Shown in pieces: positions 50,010-57,817 of a stretch of DNA of 64,000 nt (within the stretch, counting starts at the first letter, position 1; each line of letters begins with the position of its first letter). The notes under the pieces are model-generated. The model searched no databases. It was not told the DNA's origin and worked only from the letters and a program-made list of their open reading frames with translations. The DNA comes from a virus. The position numbers and the translations under genes are program-made. The stretch spans positions 23,102 to 87,101 of the IMG/VR virus record IMGVR_UViG_3300007735_000791, one strand, 5' to 3'.

Positions 50010-50123
50010 AGTGACGTGGGTCACAGTGTGTGACGGACGTCACTTGATGACGGGAGGGGTCGTTTGGTAGGCTGGGGTTACGTACCCATGCGTTACTGGG
50101 CAAATGGTGTGACGGAGGTCACA
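50010..50123. promoter_or_regulatory. Three CRP/GlxR-like sites
   Basis: AGTGA-cgtggg-TCACA (50010), TGTGA-cggacg-TCACT (50029), TGTGA-cggagg-TCACA (50108). Confidence 0.7.
50041..50073 (+). promoter_or_regulatory. Early promoter copy 11
   Basis: CACTTGATGACG-N15-TAGGCT. Confidence 0.75.
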
Positions 50124-50130
50124 GGCGTAG

Positions 50131-50163
50131 GACTTGGTGACGAGGTGGGTCGTGTGTGAGACT
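50131..50163 (+). promoter_or_regulatory. Early promoter copy 12 (weak -10)
   Basis: GACTTGGTGACG-N15-GAGACT. Confidence 0.55.
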
Positions 50164-50214
50164 GGTGACAGAGGCAAGCGAAGGGCAAGCCTCACGACAT
50201 GAAGGGACAAGGAC

Positions 50215-50553
50215 ATGACAGTAGAGTTCACAGCACGCTTTGACGACAGTCTCAGCGACTACGTGAAGGAGATAGTGAGCGAGGAAGTAGGTGACATTGA
50301 CGACAAGGTCAATGACAAGGTCACTGAAGTCTTTGACGGATACGCCGACCCAACCGAGTTTTTTGACATGGGGTCGTACGTCACTGAGGACGACGCTCTG
50401 ACAGACAGCGCAGTGGAGGAACTGATTGCCGAGAGCGACCTCGCCAAGACAGTGACCACGCTGGCGACCACGCTACAGGCAATCACGGACGCACTGGTGG
50501 CTGGTGGCTTCGTGCCGACTGGCTGGCAGGCAATTCCAAAGGAGGTGGCGTAA
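50215..50553 (+). CDS. Highly acidic small protein (DNA-mimic candidate)
   Basis: About 26 D/E versus 6 K/R in 112 aa (hand count). Confidence 0.6.
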   Translation: MTVEFTARFDDSLSDYVKEIVSEEVGDIDDKVNDKVTEVFDGYADPTEFFDMGSYVTEDDALTDSAVEELIAESDLAKTVTTLATTLQAITDALVAGGFVPTGWQAIPKEVA

Positions 50554-50720
50554 TGCCGAGCCTCGCCAAAGAGAACGCTCGTGTGCTCATGTACGCCGAC
50601 CTAGCGGGACTGGCGGACTGGCTGGAGGACGCTGGGTACGACATGGACGAGAACGCGCAGGCGTGGCTGGAGAGGTGTCTTACGTGGCTGGAGGCGGAGG
50701 TGGAGAAGTTGCGCCGATAG
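50553..50720 (+). CDS. 55-aa acidic protein (not in the ORF track)
   Basis: AGGAGG RBS, TAATG coupling; MPSLAKENARVLMYADL... Confidence 0.6.
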   Translation: MPSLAKENARVLMYADLAGLADWLEDAGYDMDENAQAWLERCLTWLEAEVEKLRR

Positions 50721-50763
50721 GTCGTCCCCGACTGGGAGGCAGGGAGGATAGTAAACTCTCTGC

Positions 50764-50796
50764 CTCTTGGTGACGAGCATGGCGACATGCTAGTAT
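50764..50796 (+). promoter_or_regulatory. Early promoter copy 13
   Basis: CTCTTGGTGACG-N15-TAGTAT. Confidence 0.7.
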
Positions 50797-50838
50797 GAGG
50801 GTAGGGGGGAGGGTAGGCAAGCCCCCCCCACCCTTAAA

Positions 50839-50852
50839 CGAACGTGCGTTCG
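50839..50852. promoter_or_regulatory. Gram-positive LexA (SOS) box
   Basis: CGAAC-gtgc-GTTCG. Confidence 0.55.
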
Positions 50853-50953
50853 GGGTTAGGGGGTAGGGAACATGCCTCGCTTACACCCATTACCTTCAAT
50901 AGCCCTATTCCAGGTTACAGCGTAAACGGGCAAATAGCCCTATACTATTCTAA

Positions 50954-51661
50954 ATGTCTGATTTATTTACTAATTTTCAACAAATTTTAAGAGACGTTAA
51001 AAACAAATACGACATAAACATGTCCCACCCAAACGGGTCAATTATTTATGAAAAACCGTATCCAGCCATAAACAAGTCTGTCTGGATGGAAATCAATCAT
51101 ACAAAAACCCCTTCAACTACTTCTTTTAATTTTCAGTTTGATATTCCGCTTGAAAATGGGCATCGTGTGTCTGTTTTAAAAAATAATAGGATTCCTGGGC
51201 CTGTTCAATCAGTCATACATGTACCTACTAAATACATGGTTAGACAACCAAATGGTACAAATACAACAAGTTATGTTCACAGGTCAATGAGAGGTGGCGT
51301 TGACCTTGATTACATCAATGTTCCTAAACACCTTGAAGAATATACAGAAAACATTAAGCCTTATCACGAACTTAAAAATAACGACATGTTTCACGATTAT
51401 GTTAAATCTGTGTCTCGTCTTCCAAGATTTGGCACAGCCCAACAACACGTTAGGGATAAAAATCCAACTTTTGAAAGTCAACGAGCAATGACTGATGATG
51501 AATTAAATGAACATTTTCAAAACACTCATGGAAACTTAAGGCAAGAAGAATATCCGCATAACATACATTTATACGTTAATGACGTCAATTCAGACAGAAT
51601 TCTTCAGTACGATTACGACATTAAAACTGAAAAACTAACAACTGATGAAGAATGGGACTAG
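50954..51661 (+). CDS. Paralog family A protein 1
   Basis: HPNG..YPA.NK, F.IPLENGH and YDIKTE.L shared with the 53831 and 54615 ORFs. Confidence 0.7.
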   Translation: MSDLFTNFQQILRDVKNKYDINMSHPNGSIIYEKPYPAINKSVWMEINHTKTPSTTSFNFQFDIPLENGHRVSVLKNNRIPGPVQSVIHVPTKYMVRQPNGTNTTSYVHRSMRGGVDLDYINVPKHLEEYTENIKPYHELKNNDMFHDYVKSVSRLPRFGTAQQHVRDKNPTFESQRAMTDDELNEHFQNTHGNLRQEEYPHNIHLYVNDVNSDRILQYDYDIKTEKLTTDEEWD

Positions 51662-51686
51662 CACAGTAATAGTATATACTTAATAA

Positions 51687-52064
51687 ATGTCTCTAAATCC
51701 CGAACAATTTGGTGATGCCATGAAATATAGAGACACAGAATTAGTTCCAATCTCAATTTTAGACACAATGCAAGGCAATAAATTGCGTTATGACGTATCT
51801 GAACTGTCTGAAGACCTTAAAAAACGTGGATTTAACATTCCAGGCATCATTGATTACTACCAACACGACAGAAGAGCCGTTTTAGGTGAGGGAAATCACC
51901 GTTTGGAAGCCGCAAAACGGGCAGGATTTACCCATATGCCAGTAACTGTGTACCGTATTGAGGGTTCTGGGAAGAAAAGAGGCGTTCCTGTCAAAGGGTT
52001 TGAACCAGACAGGCATAATTACGTTCCAGGGAGGCTCCGTCCTTCAGATATTATGGATATATAA
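51687..52064 (+). CDS. ParB/Srx-like domain protein
   Basis: L.EDL.KRG...P...LGEGNHRL.AA..AG...MPV. Confidence 0.75.
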   Translation: MSLNPEQFGDAMKYRDTELVPISILDTMQGNKLRYDVSELSEDLKKRGFNIPGIIDYYQHDRRAVLGEGNHRLEAAKRAGFTHMPVTVYRIEGSGKKRGVPVKGFEPDRHNYVPGRLRPSDIMDI

Positions 52065-52555
52065 TGGCCCGTTCAAAGCGTGAAAAGATAATTGTCTATC
52101 ACGGAACGTGGAGTAGTGCTCCTCCGCATGAAAAGATTATGCCAAAGTCGGTATTTCATGCTGGAACGTTAAACGCAGCACATACCCGAATTGGTGACAC
52201 CATGCCTAGATACAGGAATAACCCAACTGGTGAGACTATACACGTTTATGAAATACAGCCACATGCTCCTATGGGCATGATGACATACACTGACCCTGAT
52301 AGAAATAAAGTATCTGCTAAGTATTTTGATGATTCTGTTTATAAAACTGCTGATAACTACGCATCTGACCAATTAGATGTGTCTAAAGGAGACAACACAA
52401 AGCGTATTAGAAAATACGTAAACTTAATTGAAGACCCAGGAAATATGTCTTATGTAATTCCCAAACATTTTGTAGAGTCTGGTTATGTTCGTTATTTGGG
52501 ACCACAGTTTGTAGATTGGAAACAAGTTACCCATAGTGCGGTTAAAGATGCTTAA
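52064..52555 (+). CDS. ART-PolyVal-like ADP-ribosyltransferase
   Basis: VYHGT, FHAGT..AA..R, Y.N..EDPG..SYVI. Confidence 0.65.
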   Translation: MARSKREKIIVYHGTWSSAPPHEKIMPKSVFHAGTLNAAHTRIGDTMPRYRNNPTGETIHVYEIQPHAPMGMMTYTDPDRNKVSAKYFDDSVYKTADNYASDQLDVSKGDNTKRIRKYVNLIEDPGNMSYVIPKHFVESGYVRYLGPQFVDWKQVTHSAVKDA

Positions 52556-52594
52556 TTTTTTAAAATCTTTTTCGTCGTTGAGCCGTGCACAATA

Positions 52595-53098
52595 ATGCCT
52601 GCACACGAACACCTCAACAAAATATTGTTTCATGCTTCTACAAGCATTAAACCACCACATAAAAAAAGTAAAAAAAGCCCAAACACTTTTCACGTTGGAA
52701 CCATTGGTTCTGCTATTGACCGAGTAAGTCTTAATTCTTTTACTGACGACGCATTATCAGAGTACGACGATGAGAGCATTCCACAAGTAGATGGTTTTAT
52801 GCATGTGTACGACGTTCAAGTGCCTAAAAATATGCACACTTATGACGACCCACATGCTTCGGGATACGACGAATACTCCCAAGATGATTGGGACTCAGAA
52901 AACGCTATAGATGAATCATCGGTAAAAGATATTGCGGCATATTTAAACCGTCACGAAGACCCAGGTTCTACTTCTTACATAATAAATAAAAACATGTTAA
53001 AAAATAAAAAAATAAAATATGTTGGAACTATGCCTTTTACAGCCCGTGCAGAAGCGGGAGATGAAAAACGTATTATGAAAGAACTTGGATATGAGTGA
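52595..53098 (+). CDS. ART-PolyVal-like ADP-ribosyltransferase (paralog)
   Basis: LFHAS, FHVGT..SA..R, YLN..EDPGSTSYII. Confidence 0.65.
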   Translation: MPAHEHLNKILFHASTSIKPPHKKSKKSPNTFHVGTIGSAIDRVSLNSFTDDALSEYDDESIPQVDGFMHVYDVQVPKNMHTYDDPHASGYDEYSQDDWDSENAIDESSVKDIAAYLNRHEDPGSTSYIINKNMLKNKKIKYVGTMPFTARAEAGDEKRIMKELGYE

Positions 53099-53615
53099 AT
53101 ATCTTAGCAATGAAGGTTTAGAAACATTTGACGAACGCAGTAGGTTTGAAGAAGGTCTTAGGACGGGTAAACCAAGAAAAGAACAGTTGTGGAATGAAGA
53201 ACATTCAAGAATGGTTTATGTTAAATCATTGGGACATATTAATCCACAACAATTTAAAGAACAGTTTGAACCTATAAATACCTATTGGGAAAACGTAGAA
53301 AAAGATACGTTCCTTCACAAAAATGTTGATTACAAAATGAATGACCTAGTTGAATCTGTCAAACAACGTGGAATAGTACGTCCCGTTATTGTTGGTAATC
53401 CAATTAAATTTCCAGGAAGTAGTAATGTACACAAACCAGAGGTATTAGATGGCCTTCATAGGGTTATTGCTGCTTCTAGGGCTGGGATAGACATCCCAGT
53501 AAATGTTTTAGATGAGCGCCATCAACAACCTATGCGTGGTGCTACTTACAACTTGTCCACAGAACACGAATATAACCCTGCTTTTGCAAAATCACCAAGC
53601 CGAAGAAAACGTTAA
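53091..53615 (+). CDS. ParB/Srx-like domain protein
   Basis: LVESVKQRGI.RPVIV...LDGLHRV.AA..AG..IPV. Confidence 0.75.
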   Translation: MSEYLSNEGLETFDERSRFEEGLRTGKPRKEQLWNEEHSRMVYVKSLGHINPQQFKEQFEPINTYWENVEKDTFLHKNVDYKMNDLVESVKQRGIVRPVIVGNPIKFPGSSNVHKPEVLDGLHRVIAASRAGIDIPVNVLDERHQQPMRGATYNLSTEHEYNPAFAKSPSRRKR

Positions 53616-53827
53616 TGGCTAAATACGAACAATTACAACTATTTGAATGGCCTAAAGACAAAGACGCCAATCAAAGGTTGGGTAGATACAATAAAGATGG
53701 TTTTGCATCTCCAAAACACCGATTGTTGTTTGCTAGAGCACAATGGGAAAAACACTTCCTTCAATGGGCAGATGAGTACGAAAAATCGCGTGAATTACGG
53801 TTATTTAACAAAGACGACTATAATTAA
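53615..53827 (+). CDS. Hypothetical protein
   Basis: TAATG coupling; EQLQLF start. Confidence 0.5.
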   Translation: MAKYEQLQLFEWPKDKDANQRLGRYNKDGFASPKHRLLFARAQWEKHFLQWADEYEKSRELRLFNKDDYN

Positions 53828-53830
53828 TAA

Positions 53831-54610
53831 ATGAGTGAACCATTTCAACGTCTTCAAGACCATTTTCGTCATTTAAATGAAAAACATGGCGTTGATTTAA
53901 CCGTTCCACACGGGGTAAGAATTGACGGAAAGATTTATCCAGCAACAAATAAACTTATTACCATAGGTCATAAACATAACAAGGGTACTGAGGTTGAATC
54001 TCGTTTTTATATTCCTCTTGAAAATGGTTTAAAAGTTCATACAGCAACTTATTTAGGAAACGGAGACGTGTACATGCAAATGCATGTACCTGAAATTGCC
54101 ATACATAATGATGGTAGTAAAAGATATGGGTATGGAATTGCTGTTCATCAACATGAAGATTCTTACCGTGCAAGTTTTGGTAAAAATCCAAACAATTTTG
54201 ACGAATATTACAAACAACGTCCTAATCCTTATTTTGAAGAACGAATGTCTTTACACGACACCAGAGGTCCACTTTCTACTGTTCATGAAGTTTTAAGTAT
54301 GTGGGGAAAAGAACCTTATCAAGGAACATACGATTTTGTAGATAAAGAAGGTTACCAACACTTTAAAAACCTTAGACCTAACGTTGACTTTGATGAAGAA
54401 CCTTACCGACCTCATCTTGAACTAACTGAAAATGAATTAAACGAACATCGTCAAAACGTTAAATTTCACCCATCAGAGGCTCCGCATAACGTGACAGTTT
54501 ACGGTGTTGATACAGACCGCGCTTTTTACAACTATAATACTAAAACAGAACAATTACGTCCATGGCACGATGTTTTTGGATTTGGAAGTATTCTCAACAA
54601 AGAGGAATAG
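53831..54610 (+). CDS. Paralog family A protein 2
   Basis: PHGV.I.GKIYPA.NK, IPLENG, YNTKTEQL. Confidence 0.7.
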   Translation: MSEPFQRLQDHFRHLNEKHGVDLTVPHGVRIDGKIYPATNKLITIGHKHNKGTEVESRFYIPLENGLKVHTATYLGNGDVYMQMHVPEIAIHNDGSKRYGYGIAVHQHEDSYRASFGKNPNNFDEYYKQRPNPYFEERMSLHDTRGPLSTVHEVLSMWGKEPYQGTYDFVDKEGYQHFKNLRPNVDFDEEPYRPHLELTENELNEHRQNVKFHPSEAPHNVTVYGVDTDRAFYNYNTKTEQLRPWHDVFGFGSILNKEE

Positions 54611-54614
54611 TTAA

Positions 54615-55343
54615 ATGCCTAGAAACGAACCATCTAATTTTGAACGTCTTCACGGGCACATGCGTAACGTTAAACAAGAGTTGGGCATTGACATGCTTCA
54701 TCCACACGGTGTTTCAATCCACGGCAAAATGTATCCTGCCCATAATAAACACATAGCATTTTCAAAAATAAATTCTCCTGACACTGGTAATGCAGGTTTT
54801 AATATTCCACTTGAAAACGGGCACAGATTGTATGCGTGGGTAAGTGGTTTGCATCATCCTGAAGGGGTATTAAAAGCAAACTTTGAAGTAACCTATCCAC
54901 ATAAATGGACAGACCTAGACCCTACACCTAAAAGCGAAGGACGTACAGAAGGCTATTCTTACTACCCAAAGATGACCAACCCTTTTAGAAATACCCCAGA
55001 CGATGAAGAAGTGTTTGAAACAGATAATTTAAATCCAAAAAGTCCTGAAGAGTTTTTAGATTTTATGAAGCAAGTAAGTTCTAAACCTACAACAGGCTAT
55101 AAACGAAGTTGGAAACTTTCTACAAATTCTGAATTAATGCGTAACAATCCAGATGAAATGATGGACGAAGATGATTTTGCTGAATTTCACAAATACAAAC
55201 ATGTGGGTGAGGGTCTTGGAAGTAAAGACGCTGACCCATCACACATTATAAGAACAACTGTTTTTTCTACACCTATGATTAACAACGAAGAACACACTTA
55301 CGACATCAAAACAGAACAATTGAGAAAGGTAGAAGATTATTAA
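54615..55343 (+). CDS. Paralog family A protein 3
   Basis: HPHGV.I.GKMYPA.NK, IPLENGH, YDIKTEQL. Confidence 0.7.
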   Translation: MPRNEPSNFERLHGHMRNVKQELGIDMLHPHGVSIHGKMYPAHNKHIAFSKINSPDTGNAGFNIPLENGHRLYAWVSGLHHPEGVLKANFEVTYPHKWTDLDPTPKSEGRTEGYSYYPKMTNPFRNTPDDEEVFETDNLNPKSPEEFLDFMKQVSSKPTTGYKRSWKLSTNSELMRNNPDEMMDEDDFAEFHKYKHVGEGLGSKDADPSHIIRTTVFSTPMINNEEHTYDIKTEQLRKVEDY

Positions 55344-55360
55344 ACAATGAGTAAGGATAA

Positions 55361-55606
55361 ATGAAAGTTTGGATTGACCAAGATTTATGCACGGGAGATG
55401 GGTTATGCGCCGAGATAGCACCAGATGTATTCATAATGCTGGAGGATGGATTGGCGTACGTGCAGGAGAATGGGAAAATATATTCCAAACTGCGAGGCAA
55501 CCCAGAAGGCGCAAGCGGTTTAGCCTCTTTCGCAGAAGACCGCCTTGGTGATGTAATAGAAGCCGCAGAAGACTGCCCTGGCGAATGTATTTTCATAGAA
55601 CCATAA
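55361..55606 (+). CDS. fdx: Single-cluster ferredoxin
   Basis: MKVWIDQDLCTGDGLCAEIAPDVF...AAEDCPGECI (C-x2-D-x2-C...CP). Confidence 0.92.
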   Translation: MKVWIDQDLCTGDGLCAEIAPDVFIMLEDGLAYVQENGKIYSKLRGNPEGASGLASFAEDRLGDVIEAAEDCPGECIFIEP

Positions 55607-55623
55607 AGATGTATAATTAGACT

Positions 55624-55899
55624 ATGGCTAAAGGAAAACCTGAAGAGAACAACCCTAAACGAAGGCCCAAAAGACCACGACCACCAGGATTGTCTGTTCC
55701 ATTAAATTCTTCAATTAGAAAAAAAGAAAAAGAAATGCGTGGCGGAGTGGACATATCAAAAATTAAATCCAGTGTTACTGAAGAAGATATGGATAGCCAT
55801 CCGTACCTGACCGACGAACAAGTACTTAATCCTCTTCTAGATGAAGAAGGCGAATGGGTAATTGATGAAGAAGCCACAGAAACTATTAGAAATTACTAA
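55624..55899 (+). CDS. Hypothetical protein with GKPEENNPKRRP N-tag
   Basis: Leaderless TATAAT -10. Confidence 0.6.
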   Translation: MAKGKPEENNPKRRPKRPRPPGLSVPLNSSIRKKEKEMRGGVDISKIKSSVTEEDMDSHPYLTDEQVLNPLLDEEGEWVIDEEATETIRNY

Positions 55900-56261
55900 T
55901 GGCTATTTATCGTAAGGGAGAAAATCAGTTTGAATTGCACCAAAGTGCGCGTCTTGGGCAAAACAAACGAGAAATGAACAGAAAAGCGGCAACGGAAGCC
56001 TTTGGCAATATGCAAGAAAACCCAATGGCAGCAATTCAATCAACAGATTTTTTGGCAGAAGACGTTTCTCGTCAAATATCTTATGAAGCAGGATTAGAAG
56101 ATACAACAGTTGAATCGCACAAAACACAAAACAGATTTATGAACGCAGTAGCAGAATCCGCTGGTTTAAAAACAGACATGTCCATTCCAATCTCTGGTGA
56201 TGACTTGGCTAGAGGAGCCGCAGGTAAAAAAGCGTTAGAGGCTTTAAAAGACCTTAAGTAA
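55899..56261 (+). CDS. Hypothetical protein
   Basis: TAATG coupling. Confidence 0.6.
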   Translation: MAIYRKGENQFELHQSARLGQNKREMNRKAATEAFGNMQENPMAAIQSTDFLAEDVSRQISYEAGLEDTTVESHKTQNRFMNAVAESAGLKTDMSIPISGDDLARGAAGKKALEALKDLK

Positions 56262-56264
56262 TTA

Positions 56265-56726
56265 TCAATCTTCTTCCATTTGACTGGTCCACTGAAACAT
56301 GTTGATGTGGTGATTAATCTTTTCCGCATCTTTAGCCATCGCTTGTGTTACTGGATGGTCTTTTCCTAAATTATAGTGAACTACTTGGTGCATGCTATTA
56401 AGGTTATTTCTAACTATTTCTAAGTGGTCTCTTGTTTCAGCATGCTTTCCATTACCGCCCCTATTACGAACATAACTCTCGTTTGCTAAAAAATCATGCA
56501 TATCTAAAGCGTTTACGTATTTATCTAAATAATGGGTAGTAATAGGCCACGAACGGTGTGGGTTTTGGTTACCATTATGGTGTAATCTAATTTTCATATA
56601 GTGTAAATCGTGGCTAATTGCAATTATAGGACCAAGCCTATCAAACAGTTCTTTACGCTCTTGTTCTTGACCCTCATAGTCATGGGGATGTAAGTTTTCG
56701 TAGTCTTCGCCACTGTTATCGCTCAT
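56265..56726 (-). CDS. His-rich hypothetical protein (isolated minus-strand gene)
   Basis: Only long ORF in the interval; TG-A-GATAAT-N7-ATG leaderless-type start. Confidence 0.6.
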   Translation of the reverse strand: MSDNSGEDYENLHPHDYEGQEQERKELFDRLGPIIAISHDLHYMKIRLHHNGNQNPHRSWPITTHYLDKYVNALDMHDFLANESYVRNRGGNGKHAETRDHLEIVRNNLNSMHQVVHYNLGKDHPVTQAMAKDAEKINHHINMFQWTSQMEED

Positions 56727-56762
56727 ATTATCCATTATCTCATATTGTTGTATCCTTGTAGT

Positions 56763-57404
56763 ATGTCTGCTTCTAACCATGTAAACAAATACTTATTTGG
56801 TGAATTGTTTGAGCAAATGCATGGAATAACCATAGATGACGCCTTGTCGGGCAATAAAGTTAAAATGGTTGGAATACACAACGAACGAGACCCAGGTTCT
56901 CAATGGTTTACACCAGAAGAACACGATGAGGTAATGGGAAAACCCTGGTCAGAAATACACTCAAAACTTACCGCGCCTACTGACCCAGAAGCAACAGTTC
57001 GTAAATATCAACTAGTTAACCCAGTTCAACATTTTATTGCAGGTGGAAGTCTTTATGAAAACGCCGCGCAATTACGAGACCTGACTCCTTTTTTACGCAA
57101 TGCTTCTCGTGCCAATGAAGTTCCTTTGTATCGCGGCGCTAATCGCCCTCCAGCAGTTGATTCTGGTAGAGATAGACCTCTTGGGTTTACTCCAGACAGG
57201 TATGCTGCTGTTAGTTATACAAAAGACAGGTGGGATGGTCGTGGTCGTGGACAAATCTTTAAAGCAAGCGCTGGAACAGTTAAAGGTGTGCCTTTGCGAG
57301 AAGTAGGCGGTAATCAAATGTATGTCAATAAAAAAACAAAAAGAAGAGACTACGAATGGTTAGTGTTACCAGAGACTATCCCTCAAGAATGGCCTGATAA
57401 ATAA
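56763..57404 (+). CDS. Putative R-S-E-type ADP-ribosyltransferase
   Basis: LYRG, GFTPDR..AVSY, QIFK, DYEWLV. Confidence 0.55.
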   Translation: MSASNHVNKYLFGELFEQMHGITIDDALSGNKVKMVGIHNERDPGSQWFTPEEHDEVMGKPWSEIHSKLTAPTDPEATVRKYQLVNPVQHFIAGGSLYENAAQLRDLTPFLRNASRANEVPLYRGANRPPAVDSGRDRPLGFTPDRYAAVSYTKDRWDGRGRGQIFKASAGTVKGVPLREVGGNQMYVNKKTKRRDYEWLVLPETIPQEWPDK

Positions 57405-57817
57405 TGGCTGCTCATGAACATTTAAATGAAGAACTTTTTCATGGGTCATCAGACAGGTTTGGTATCCTTAAAAAAGGACAAATAATAATTCCTGGAAATA
57501 GTGTTCGCGGATTAATCAATCAACATCATCAAGATTCTGAATACCCAGAAGCCTTAGACTATGCACACGCAACATTTAGCCGAGAACGTGCAGAAATATA
57601 TGCTGATTGGGCAGCAAACGGTTATTTAAATGAAGTAGGGAAGCCAGTGGGACATGAAAATATTGAAAAACATGGAATCGCTAAACCAATTGTTTATTCA
57701 GTAAAACCTGCAGCGGACCAAGAAGATGACCCGCAAGATTGGCAGTCTGTTCGTTCTAAACAGGGATTTGAAGTAATTGGTCGCCGTCGTATGAGAAAGT
57801 TAAAGTTTTTAAAATAA
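57404..57817 (+). CDS. Arr-like ADP-ribosyltransferase-fold protein
   Basis: LFHGS, LKKG.II.PG, AHAT...A..YA, VYSVKP, VRSK.GFEVI. Confidence 0.7.
   Translation: MAAHEHLNEELFHGSSDRFGILKKGQIIIPGNSVRGLINQHHQDSEYPEALDYAHATFSRERAEIYADWAANGYLNEVGKPVGHENIEKHGIAKPIVYSVKPAADQEDDPQDWQSVRSKQGFEVIGRRRMRKLKFLK

Noticed and set aside
49335-50231. Long minus-strand and alternate-frame ORFs (229 aa, 97 aa and others)
   Set aside because: These are by-products of GC-rich, repetitive sequence that oppose the promoters and RBS-led genes, and have implausible composition.
37464-50796. CACTTGGTGACA repeats as a CRISPR array, att sites or integron-like cassette sites
   Set aside because: Spacing is irregular (0.1-2.4 kb), each copy has a -10 at a fixed distance, and there is no integrase in the window; promoters are the simpler explanation.
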